Shown here in pieces: positions 37,482 to 46,138 of a DNA stretch of 64,000 bases. A model generated the notes under the pieces. The model had not been told where the DNA came from. It saw nothing but the letters and a program-made list of their open reading frames with translations, and made no database searches. A program made the translations under genes and the position numbers. This stretch comes from Dehalococcoidia bacterium (lineage in GTDB: Bacteria; Chloroflexota; Dehalococcoidia; UBA2979), in assembly GCA_964291495.2 (NCBI GenBank), contig OZ219871.1, positions 576,001 through 640,000 of the forward strand. The letters run 5' to 3'. Every line of letters starts with the position of its first letter. The stretch's first letter is position 1.

Positions 37482-38669
37482 GTGAAGCTCGACATCTTTA
37501 CGGAGATCCAGAAGGCCCGCGCGAGCTGGGGCGACGACCACGAGCAGGACGTCATCGAGGAGTCCCTCGAGCAGGCTCGCCTCGCCGACGAGCTCGGCTA
37601 CGAGTGCTGGTGGCAAGTCGAGCATCACGGGGCGACGGAGTTCAGCTACAGCTCCGCGCCCGAGCTGCTGCTGACGGCCATCTCGCAGCAGACGAGCCGG
37701 CTGCGGCTGGGCCACTCGGGCGTGCTGGCCCCGTTCAAGGTGAACCACCCGATCCGCGTCGCCGAGCGCTCGGCGACGCTCGATCGGCTGAGTCACGGTC
37801 GCGCCGAGGTCGGATTCGCGCGCTCGGGCGGCCTCGAGTGGGAGACGTTCGGCGTCGACCCCGAGAGCTCGCTGGAGCAGGTCCGGCAGTGCATGCAGAT
37901 GGTGAAGGGGATGTGGACGGAGAGCCCCTTCTCCTTCCAGAGCGAGCTGTTCGAGATCCCGGAGCGCAACATCATCCCGAAGCCGTTGCAGCAGCCCCAC
38001 CCGCCGATGTGGCAGACCACCTCGAGCCCGGGCTCGTTCCGGATGGCGGGCGAGCTGGGCGTCGGCGTCCTCGCCACGACGCTGATGCAGCCGCTCGACG
38101 TGATGGCGAGCCTGCTCGGTGAGTACCGCGACGGCCTCAAGGACTGCGAGCCGGTCGGTGACTTCGTGAACGACCAGACCGCGGTGTTCACCTTCGTGCA
38201 CTGCGCCGAGACCACGCGCGAGGCGATCGAGAGCGGGGCCGCCGCCGCCGCGATGTGGTACGTGAACTCCGCCCCCGCCGTCTTCAAGGTGGACCCCGAG
38301 ATCTTCTACGACTCGATCCGCGGCGAGGTCCTCGAGGGCGCCGCCTCGCGCATCACGGTCAGCGAGGGCGAGACTGCGGCTCCGGCGAGCGACGAGGACC
38401 TCGATGATCCCAACCCGGTCGTGAGGCTGCTCCGCCACGCCGCGGCCGGGCGGGAGGTCTCGCCCGAGGAGGCCTACGAGACGCTCGACCCGCTGGACTC
38501 GGTGATCATCGGCGACGTCGAGACGTGCCGGCGGAAGATGCAGCGCTACAAGGACATCGGCGTGGACCGCCTGATGTGTTTCATGCAGATCGGCGATCTC
38601 CCGCACGACTCGATCATGCGGAGCCTGCGAATCACCGCCGAGGAGCTGATGCCCGCACTGGCGGACTAA
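37482..38669 (+). CDS. LLM flavin-dependent oxidoreductase
   Basis: WQVEHH, SAPELLL, HPIRVAERSATLD, PKPLQQPHPPMW; same subclade as 17191 and 54040. Confidence 0.92.
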   Translation: MKLDIFTEIQKARASWGDDHEQDVIEESLEQARLADELGYECWWQVEHHGATEFSYSSAPELLLTAISQQTSRLRLGHSGVLAPFKVNHPIRVAERSATLDRLSHGRAEVGFARSGGLEWETFGVDPESSLEQVRQCMQMVKGMWTESPFSFQSELFEIPERNIIPKPLQQPHPPMWQTTSSPGSFRMAGELGVGVLATTLMQPLDVMASLLGEYRDGLKDCEPVGDFVNDQTAVFTFVHCAETTREAIESGAAAAAMWYVNSAPAVFKVDPEIFYDSIRGEVLEGAASRITVSEGETAAPASDEDLDDPNPVVRLLRHAAAGREVSPEEAYETLDPLDSVIIGDVETCRRKMQRYKDIGVDRLMCFMQIGDLPHDSIMRSLRITAEELMPALAD

Positions 38670-38678
38670 CCCGACCCG

Positions 38679-39761
38679 GTGACTCAGGCACGGCGCCGCA
38701 TCGACACCCGGCCCTTCCACGATCGCCTCGCCGAGATCGCGCTCGACGGCGACTACGACGAGGTCAACACGCGCCTCTACGCGGCCGGCTTCGGCGACGG
38801 CCTTCCCCTGGTCCCGCCGACGGAGGAGCGCATCGAAGCGATGCTGGCGGGCGGCGGCGTCCCGGCCTACTCGCAGCTCCCGATGCTGGCGCCCGGGCGC
38901 GTCGCGCCCACCGTCCGGGATGTCGCAGCGAACGCGGTGCTGGCGGGCTGCGCGCCCGAGCACCTCACAGTGGTCGCCGCCGCCGTCGAGGCGGTCGCTG
39001 ATCCCGATTTCAACCTGACCGGCATCCAGGCAACGACCGGCGCGGCGACCCCGCTTGTGATCGTCGGCGGGCCTGTCGTCGCGGAGGCCGGGCTGAACGC
39101 CGGGGCGAACAGCCTGGGGCAGGGCTCGCGCGCGAACGCGACGATCGGGCGGGCGCTCCGGCTGGTACTGCAGAACGTGGGGCTCGCCGTGCCCGGCATC
39201 TCGGACATGGCGACGCACGGTCAGCCCGGCAAGTACACCTGGTGCGTCGCGGAGAACGAGGCCGACAGCCCGTGGCCGCCGCTGCGAGTCGCGCTCGGCC
39301 TCCCCGCGGCCGCGAGCACGGTCACCGCCGTCGGGGCCGTAGGCAACGTCGAGGTGGTGCTGCCAGCGACGAGCCCGGAGGACGTCGCCGCCGTCCTCGC
39401 CGGCTCGATGACGATCGAGGGGAATGCCGGGGGCGAAGGGACATTCGGCGGCGGGGAGGCGCTCGTGCTGCTTCCCCCGGAGAGCGCCTGGTTCCTCGAT
39501 TCGCACGGTTGGGACCGGCGGCGGCTCCAGCGCGAGCTGTTCGCGCGGGCGAGCGTCAGCTACGAGGCGCTGACCCCGGCCATCGTGGAGCGCACGGTGG
39601 TGCGTCGCCGCGAGCTCGCGCTACCGGACGAGGGCGTCCTGCGGGTGGCCCGGACGTCGGAGGACGTGCTCATCGTCGTCACCGGCGGCGTGGGGACGAA
39701 GGCGACGTTCGTCCCGACCTGGCCCGGCGGGACGCGCGCGATCACCGTCACGCTGCCGTGA
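38679..39761 (+). CDS. Conserved uncharacterised protein (DGLPxVPPT family, often linked to UGSC/thioredoxin-like proteins)
   Basis: DGLPLVPPTEER, ANAVLAGC, QATT, RANATIGRALRL, THGQPGKY, AENE; the family link is from recall. Confidence 0.7.
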   Translation: MTQARRRIDTRPFHDRLAEIALDGDYDEVNTRLYAAGFGDGLPLVPPTEERIEAMLAGGGVPAYSQLPMLAPGRVAPTVRDVAANAVLAGCAPEHLTVVAAAVEAVADPDFNLTGIQATTGAATPLVIVGGPVVAEAGLNAGANSLGQGSRANATIGRALRLVLQNVGLAVPGISDMATHGQPGKYTWCVAENEADSPWPPLRVALGLPAAASTVTAVGAVGNVEVVLPATSPEDVAAVLAGSMTIEGNAGGEGTFGGGEALVLLPPESAWFLDSHGWDRRRLQRELFARASVSYEALTPAIVERTVVRRRELALPDEGVLRVARTSEDVLIVVTGGVGTKATFVPTWPGGTRAITVTLP

Positions 39762-39929
39762 GCCTGACCGGCACGCCGACGACGGGGGCCGGAGGTCCCG
39801 CGGTGGTCGCTCGTGTCCGCAATGCGAGACGCCACGGTCCGTTCACCGCATAGGCCTGGGACCGAAGCCGCGCCCGCCGGGGCGCTAGAATCGAGCCGAA
39901 CGCCACGAATCGTAGCCGGAGGGGTCACG

Positions 39930-41030
39930 ATGGAGATCAAGGCAGCGGTGCTCTACGAGGCGAACACCCCGCTGGTCGTCGAGCCCGTGCAGCTCGACGA
40001 CCCCAAGGACGGCGAGGTGCTGGTGCGCATCGGCGCGGCAGGCGTCTGCCACTCCGACTACCACGTGATGAAGGGTGAGTGGACGCCGCCGCTGCCGATG
40101 GTGCTCGGCCACGAGGCCGCCGGCACCGTCGAGCGGGTGGGCGCGGGAGTCGGACGGGTGCAGGCGGGCGACCGCGTGATCCTCAACTTCCGCCCCAACT
40201 GCGGCTGGTGCGCGCACTGCAGCCGCGGCGAGCCCGTGCTCTGCAACGGAGCGGACAGCGAGCGCTGGCTGCTGTTCGACGGCACCGCCCGGCTGCACAC
40301 CACGGCCGGTCGGGACCTCAACCACTTCGCGCGAGTCGCCTCGTTCGCCGAGTACGCCGTCGTCCCGGAGTCCGGCGCTGTGCCCGTCCGCGACGACGTG
40401 CCGCTCGACAAGGCGGCGCTGATCGGCTGCTCGGTGATGACCGGGGTCGGCGCGGTGATCAACACCGCGCGCGTCGAGGCCGGCAGCTCCGTGCTGGTGA
40501 TCGGCTGCGGCGGCGTCGGACTGAACTGCATCCAGGGCGCCGTGCTGGCCGGGGCGGAGCGGATCATCGCCGTCGACCTGAAGGCCAACAAGCTCGAGTA
40601 CGCCAGGCAGTTCGGCGCGACCGACCTCCTCGACGCGAGCGAGGGCGACACGGCGGCCCGGGTGCTGGAGCTGACCGGTGGCGGCGTGGACTACGCGTTC
40701 GAGGCGATCGGCTTCTCGAAGACGATCGTCGACTGCTACGAGTCGACGCGGCTCGGTGGCACGACGGTAGTCGTGGGGATGGCGCCGGAGGACGACATGA
40801 TGACCCTCCCCGCGCTCTCGCTCCCGCGCACGGAGAAGGTGCTGCGCGGCTCGTGGTACGGCTCCGCCCGCCCCTGGCTCGACCTCCCGAAGATGGTCGA
40901 GCTCTACATGGGCGGCCGCCTGCAGGTCGATCCGCTGGTCAGCCGCACCTACCCGCTCGACGAGATCAACGAGGCCTACGAGGCCCTCGATCGCGGCGAC
41001 GTCGCGCGCAGCGTGCTGCTGATGGACTGA
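39930..41030 (+). CDS. Zn-dependent alcohol dehydrogenase (MDR family)
   Basis: GVCHSD, LGHE, CxxCxxC..C, IGCSVMTG, GCGGVG. Confidence 0.93.
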   Translation: MEIKAAVLYEANTPLVVEPVQLDDPKDGEVLVRIGAAGVCHSDYHVMKGEWTPPLPMVLGHEAAGTVERVGAGVGRVQAGDRVILNFRPNCGWCAHCSRGEPVLCNGADSERWLLFDGTARLHTTAGRDLNHFARVASFAEYAVVPESGAVPVRDDVPLDKAALIGCSVMTGVGAVINTARVEAGSSVLVIGCGGVGLNCIQGAVLAGAERIIAVDLKANKLEYARQFGATDLLDASEGDTAARVLELTGGGVDYAFEAIGFSKTIVDCYESTRLGGTTVVVGMAPEDDMMTLPALSLPRTEKVLRGSWYGSARPWLDLPKMVELYMGGRLQVDPLVSRTYPLDEINEAYEALDRGDVARSVLLMD

Positions 41031-41075
41031 GCCGCGCGGGGCCGATTCGTTCGTTCGGCCCCTGTCGGCCCGCGC

Positions 41076-42461
41076 TCAGTCGGCGCTCTCCGCCTCCGGG
41101 CCGTCCCTATCCTCCGGGGTTGTGCCCGCGGCGCCGCGCGGCTGGCGCGGCTCATCCCACCGGTTCAGCCGCCGGTTCAGCCGGCGTCCCAGCCGCCTGC
41201 CCAGCCAGAACAGCCCGGCAGCAAACGGCACGATCCACAGGAACGGGATCGCGACGCCGAGCGCCAGCACCCCCAGCCGGGCGAGCGTCACGACCGCGCT
41301 CCAGCTCCCGCGGAGCCCGTCGACGAAGGTCGGCAGGGAGTCATCCTCGATCACCTCGTACTCGAAGATGTCGTAGTCGGCGCCGACCGTGATGCGCAGC
41401 GGCTCGCCGTCCGGGTCAACTGCCACGGCGGAAACCTCCGGTACCGGCCCCGTCCCCAGCTCGGCCTCGGTCAGGAAGTAGCCGAGGAGTCGCTCGCCGG
41501 GCTGGAGCGGGCCTGCGACCGAGCCCTCGAGGGCGACGAAGTCGTCATCGTCGAGGTCGAGGCCGAAGTCGCGAATCTCGATCTCGGTCAGCGCGGCGTT
41601 CCCCGTGTTCTCGACCGAGACGCAGATCGTGATCGCCTCGCCCTCGTCGACCGCGAGGTCGTCGGCGGCGGGGCAGCGAGCGCCGTCGTCGTGCCCGGCG
41701 TAGGCCGTCTGCACGAGCTCGACGCTCGCCTCCGGGCGCTCGGGCGCCGGCTCCACCAGCGTGAGGAAGATCGTCGCCAGCGCGACCTGGTCCTGGAGCG
41801 TGCGCAGCTGCCCGCGCAGCCGCTCGAGGTCGGTCTCGCGGTTGAGCAACTGCGACTCGAGCTCGGCGACGGTCTCGAGGTCGGTTGCGTTCGCGAGGAA
41901 GTTGCGCAACCGCTCGACCGAGGCGCGGGCGGTGATGATGCGGCTTTCGAGGTCGACGACTCGCTCGGTCACGTCGTCCGCCGAGATCTGCTGACTCCTC
42001 AGCTTGCCGAGGGCCTCGAGGCGGCGCATTGCCTCCGTGAAGTCCTCCGGCAGCACCTTGAAGGTGAGCTCGGTGCGGGGCGCCGGATCGCTGGTCGTGT
42101 GCTGACCGAAGACGAGGCCACCGAGCCCCGCGATCGCCACCTGCGCCTGCTGCGTCGCCAGGCCAACGTCAGCCACCTCGACGAACATCGTGCCGACGTA
42201 CACGATCGAGCGCCCTGTCCCTACCTGCTGGAAGGCGAGCCGTTCGCCGTCCGCCCCACTCGGGGCGTCGGCGGTGACGACTGCGGCTGCGGTGGGCCTC
42301 GGGGCGGCGGTGGGCGCAGCGGCTACTGTCGCGATGGGTGCGGCGGTCGCCGCCGGGGGAGCGGACGCGTACTCCTCGCTGTCGTCGCCGGCGCTGCAGG
42401 CCATGAGCAGCGCCGCCACCAGCAGCAGCGGAATGAGGGCAAGCCCGATCCATCTCGCCAT
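41076..42461 (-). CDS. DUF4349-domain lipoprotein with C-terminal TM helix
   Basis: Lipobox LMAC and A/P/T linker; DVTERVVDLESR, coiled coil, LQDQVALATI; extra Ig-like insert (VENTGN); hydrophobic C-terminus. Confidence 0.82.
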   Translation of the reverse strand: MARWIGLALIPLLLVAALLMACSAGDDSEEYASAPPAATAAPIATVAAAPTAAPRPTAAAVVTADAPSGADGERLAFQQVGTGRSIVYVGTMFVEVADVGLATQQAQVAIAGLGGLVFGQHTTSDPAPRTELTFKVLPEDFTEAMRRLEALGKLRSQQISADDVTERVVDLESRIITARASVERLRNFLANATDLETVAELESQLLNRETDLERLRGQLRTLQDQVALATIFLTLVEPAPERPEASVELVQTAYAGHDDGARCPAADDLAVDEGEAITICVSVENTGNAALTEIEIRDFGLDLDDDDFVALEGSVAGPLQPGERLLGYFLTEAELGTGPVPEVSAVAVDPDGEPLRITVGADYDIFEYEVIEDDSLPTFVDGLRGSWSAVVTLARLGVLALGVAIPFLWIVPFAAGLFWLGRRLGRRLNRRLNRWDEPRQPRGAAGTTPEDRDGPEAESAD

Positions 42462-42504
42462 CGGGGACTCCTTCCGCTGCGGCGGCCGCCGCCCTCCGAT
42501 CAAT

Positions 42505-42532
42505 AGTACGCAGGCAAGCCGCGGATGGTTCC
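42505..42532 (-). promoter_or_regulatory. ECF sigma-type promoter GGAACC-N16-CGTA for the DUF4349 gene
   Basis: The reverse strand reads GGAACC ATCCGCGGCTTGCCTG CGTACT, about 45 nt upstream of ATG 42461. Confidence 0.55.
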
Positions 42533-42619
42533 CGGGTCCTGGATTCCGACGACGCAGCCGCCCCGATATGATCGATGCAGGGCGCGAATCCGCGACCGCC
42601 AACCGCTGCGAGGTGCGGG

Positions 42620-44035
42620 ATGAGATCGATGCGGCTTGCGCAGCTGCTGATCGCGCTGGCGGCGGCCACCTTCGTCGCCTGTACGGACGGGGAAGACGCG
42701 AGCCCGCCCGATGCGGGCCCAGACCCAACTCCGTCCGCTGCGCCCACCTCCGCGCCGGCCTCGCCTTCGCCCGCCTCGGGGCCGAGTGTCGAGCGAGACC
42801 TGAGCTTCCTCGCCGACTCCACTCCCGACTTCCAGACGGCGAGGATCAGGCGAGTCGGGGAGTCCGGCGACATCCGGTTCGCGTGGATGATCGTGGACAT
42901 GATGCGGTTCGTCCCGCCGGGACCCTCGGGCGTCCATGGAGCGCTGGTGACCGCCTTCGCAAGACTGACGGGACAGCCCGAGGACGCCGTCGACTTCTGG
43001 GTCAAGGCCAGCAACCACCTGCTGGCGAACGACGTCCCCGCACCGGACGGGTACCGGGAGTGGAAAGGCCGGGTCTACACCTGGTTCGTCGAGGAGTGGG
43101 CGCCGTTCTTCGACGACGCCGACGCCGACGTCGACTGGCGTCTGATCTCCTGGGGCGGCGTCGGGATCGACGATCGACCGATCAGGGGCTTCGAGGACCG
43201 CCCGATCGAGGAGGTCGACCCGTTCTGCGCCTGCATCCCGGCGCTCGAGGATCCCGCCGTCACCGACGCAGCAGGTGGCGCCTGGTACCCCGACGATCGG
43301 CTGGTCTTCGGCGTCGCGCTCAACGGCGAGGCGCGCGCCTACCCGCAGAACCAGATGCAGGTGCACGAGATGGTCAACGACACCCTCGGCGGCAGGCGAA
43401 TCGCCCTCGCCTACTGCACGCTCTGCGGCACGGCCCAGGCATTCCTCACCGACGTGCTCCCCGAGGGCGTCACGACGCCCACCGGCGCCCTTCAACTGCG
43501 CACGTCCGGCCTGCTGTCCCGATCCAACAAGGTGATGTTCGACCTGCACACGTTCTCGTTCTTCGACACGTTCCGGGGCCGCGCGATCAGCGGGCCGCTG
43601 CAAGACGCCGGCGTCGAACTGGAGCCGCTCACAGTCGCCGTCGCCACGTGGGGCGAGTGGAAGGCCGGCCACCCCGGGACGACGATCGTGGCGGAGGACG
43701 GCGGCATCGGGCGGAGCTACCGCGACGACCCGCTCGGAGGGCGAGACGACGACGGGCCGATCTTCCCGATCGGCGACGCGGACCCGCGCCTGCCGGTGCA
43801 GGACCAGGTCCTCGGCGTCCGAACCGACCGCGTTACGGTCGCGTTCCCCGAGGTGACCGTGCGGGCGGCGCTCGCCCAGGGCCTGCCCGTCGAGCACGAG
43901 GGCGTCACGGTGCGGCTCGTCGCGGGCGCGCTCGCCGCCTTCGATCGCGACGGCGAGCAGATCGCGACCCACCAGTCCTTCTGGTTCGCCTGGAGCCAGT
44001 TCTTCCCGGAGACCGAGCTGTGGTCCGGGAGCTAG
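42620..44035 (+). CDS. DUF3179-domain lipoprotein
   Basis: Lipobox FVAC; WGGV, IPAL, GEARAYP, HEMVND, YCTLCGT, TSGLL..SN.VMFD, FWFAW..F.P.T. Confidence 0.88.
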   Translation: MRSMRLAQLLIALAAATFVACTDGEDASPPDAGPDPTPSAAPTSAPASPSPASGPSVERDLSFLADSTPDFQTARIRRVGESGDIRFAWMIVDMMRFVPPGPSGVHGALVTAFARLTGQPEDAVDFWVKASNHLLANDVPAPDGYREWKGRVYTWFVEEWAPFFDDADADVDWRLISWGGVGIDDRPIRGFEDRPIEEVDPFCACIPALEDPAVTDAAGGAWYPDDRLVFGVALNGEARAYPQNQMQVHEMVNDTLGGRRIALAYCTLCGTAQAFLTDVLPEGVTTPTGALQLRTSGLLSRSNKVMFDLHTFSFFDTFRGRAISGPLQDAGVELEPLTVAVATWGEWKAGHPGTTIVAEDGGIGRSYRDDPLGGRDDDGPIFPIGDADPRLPVQDQVLGVRTDRVTVAFPEVTVRAALAQGLPVEHEGVTVRLVAGALAAFDRDGEQIATHQSFWFAWSQFFPETELWSGS

Positions 44036-44092
44036 CGAGCGGCGGAGCGTCGCACCGACGCCTGCCGGTTACCGAGTGCTAGGATCGGGGCC

Positions 44093-45034
44093 GTGGCGAG
44101 CGTAGCCGTCATCGGCGCCGGGGCGGTCGGCTCCTACTACGGTGCGCGCCTCGCGCAGGCCGGGCACGACGTACGCTTCTTGCTCCGCCGCGACTACGAC
44201 GCCGTCGCCGAGCACGGCCTGCGCATCGAGTCACACTACGGCGACTTCGCCCTCGAGCGCCCCGCGATTGCCCGCGACCCGGCTGCCATCGGCCCGGTCG
44301 ACTGGGTGCTCTGCGGCCTCAAGACCACCGCCCTCGAGGATGCAGCCGCCCTGATCCGCCCCTGCCTCGCGCCCGGGACGCGCGTGCTCGCCATCATGAA
44401 CGGCCTTGGCATCGAGGAGCGCCTCGCGGTCTCGCTCGGCACGGAACGCGTCTTCGGCGGCCTCGCCTTCACCTGCATCAACCGGGGCGAACCCGGCGTG
44501 ATCCACCACATCGAGTACGGCCAGGTCGGCATCGCGCACCTCGGCGACGACCCCGCCGAGCTCGACTGCGCCCTCGCGCTCTGGCAGGACGCGACCGTCG
44601 AGATCGTCCGTCAGCCCTCGCTGCTGCGCGCGCGCTGGGAGAAGCTCTGCTGGAACGTCCCCTTCAACGGCCTCACCGTCGCCGCCGGCGGCGTCGACAC
44701 CGAGGCGATCGTCACCGACCCCGCACTGCGCGCCGAGGCGCGCGCGCTGATGGAAGAGGTCGTCGCTGCCGGCAACGCCAACCTCGCCGCCGCCGGCAGC
44801 CCCGAGCGCATCGACGGCGAAGCCGTGATCGCGCGGATGTTCACCCTCACCGACGCGATGGGGCCCTACCGGCCCAGCACCCTCATCGACTACCTCGAGG
44901 GCCGCGCGATCGAGGTGGACGCCATCTTTGCCGAGCCCGCCCGCCGCGCGCGCGCCCTTGGCGTCCCGACCCCGCGGATGGAGCTGCTGACCGCGCTCCT
45001 CGCCCGGCTCGACCCGGGCAGGCTCGAGGGCTGA
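44093..45034 (+). CDS. Ketopantoate reductase family oxidoreductase
   Basis: GAGAVG, KT, NGLG, WEKLCWN, PSTLID, IEVDAI. Confidence 0.88.
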   Translation: MASVAVIGAGAVGSYYGARLAQAGHDVRFLLRRDYDAVAEHGLRIESHYGDFALERPAIARDPAAIGPVDWVLCGLKTTALEDAAALIRPCLAPGTRVLAIMNGLGIEERLAVSLGTERVFGGLAFTCINRGEPGVIHHIEYGQVGIAHLGDDPAELDCALALWQDATVEIVRQPSLLRARWEKLCWNVPFNGLTVAAGGVDTEAIVTDPALRAEARALMEEVVAAGNANLAAAGSPERIDGEAVIARMFTLTDAMGPYRPSTLIDYLEGRAIEVDAIFAEPARRARALGVPTPRMELLTALLARLDPGRLEG

Positions 45035-45161
45035 CGGGCCGGCGCCTGCGGCTCGCGCGCGGCACGGTCGCCGGCACCGCCGGGATGCCGGGCTCGTTGG
45101 CGTCTGCGGCTGAGAGCGTCGAGACTATCTTCAGGGTTTCGCTGGATGCCGGAGGACCGAG

Positions 45162-46121
45162 ATGCACGCGCCGCTGCCCGTGATCGTGCAGGGGTTGGGG
45201 CCCATCGGGCTGCTCATCACCGAGGCCGCACTGGCGGACCCCTTCCTCGAGGTCGTCGGTGCGGTCGAGATCCGGCCGGAGCTGGCCGGACGGCCGCTCA
45301 CGGACTTCGTTGACGGCGCGCCCGGGATCACGGTGCGGCCCGCGCTCGCCGAGGCTGTGGCCGACTCGCGGTCGGACGGCGCCATCCTCATGCACTGCAC
45401 CGGCTCCCACCTCGATCGGGTCTCCCCGCAGATCGAGGAGGCGCTGCGGCAGGGGCTGCACGTCGTCTCGACCTGCGAGGAGCTGACGTTCGCCGAGGCG
45501 CGGCACGCCGAGATCGCGGCCGCCCTCGATCGACTCGCGAGAGGAGCGGAGCGGACGGTCGTCGCAACGGGTGTCAATCCCGGATTCCTGATGGATGCGC
45601 TCCCCGCCTCGCTGGCCTCGATCTCCCACGGCATCAGGTCGGTCGCGGTGCGCCGCGTACAGGATCCATCGAGGCGGCGGACACCGTTCCAGCAGAAGGT
45701 GGGCATGGGCCTCTCACCCGCGGAGTGGGAGGAGCGGCGCGCCGCGGGCGGCTTCGGCCACGTCGGTCTCATGGAGTCGGCTTGCCTGCTCGCCTCCGCG
45801 CTGGGCTGGGCAGTCGTCGACTGGCAACACGAGATGGTTCCCTGCCGCGCGGACCGTGGCGATCTGGTTACGGGCACCCTCGAGACGCTTGAGGGCTCGA
45901 CCTCCGACGGCCGCGCCATCCGCCTCCACTTCGAGGCGAACGCCGCGGTCGACGGGGAGTTCGACGAGATCGTCGTGGACGGCACCCCGCCCCTCACGCT
46001 GCGCTTCGAGGGCGGGGTCTTCGGTGACGACGCGACGGCGGCGGCGGTGCTGCGGGCCGCACGGGTGATCCCGAACACGCGCCGCGGGCTCATGACCGTC
46101 CTCGATCTGCCCCTGCGCTGA
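45162..46121 (+). CDS. DapB-like / 2,4-diaminopentanoate dehydrogenase-like NAD(P) oxidoreductase
   Basis: GLGPIG, VVSTCEEL, TGVNPGFLMD, FQQKVG, GHVGL.ES, GD.ATAA. Confidence 0.82.
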   Translation: MHAPLPVIVQGLGPIGLLITEAALADPFLEVVGAVEIRPELAGRPLTDFVDGAPGITVRPALAEAVADSRSDGAILMHCTGSHLDRVSPQIEEALRQGLHVVSTCEELTFAEARHAEIAAALDRLARGAERTVVATGVNPGFLMDALPASLASISHGIRSVAVRRVQDPSRRRTPFQQKVGMGLSPAEWEERRAAGGFGHVGLMESACLLASALGWAVVDWQHEMVPCRADRGDLVTGTLETLEGSTSDGRAIRLHFEANAAVDGEFDEIVVDGTPPLTLRFEGGVFGDDATAAAVLRAARVIPNTRRGLMTVLDLPLR

Positions 46122-46138
46122 GGCCACGACGCCCCGCG

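Noticed and set aside
41160-41206. 12-bp repeats encoding RLGRRLNRRLNR at the DUF4349 C-terminus
   Set aside because: A short in-frame slippage repeat in a basic post-TM tail, with no evidence of phase variation.
42620-44035. Selenocysteine recoding in DUF3179
   Set aside because: The CxxC is encoded by TGC codons and there is no in-frame TGA.
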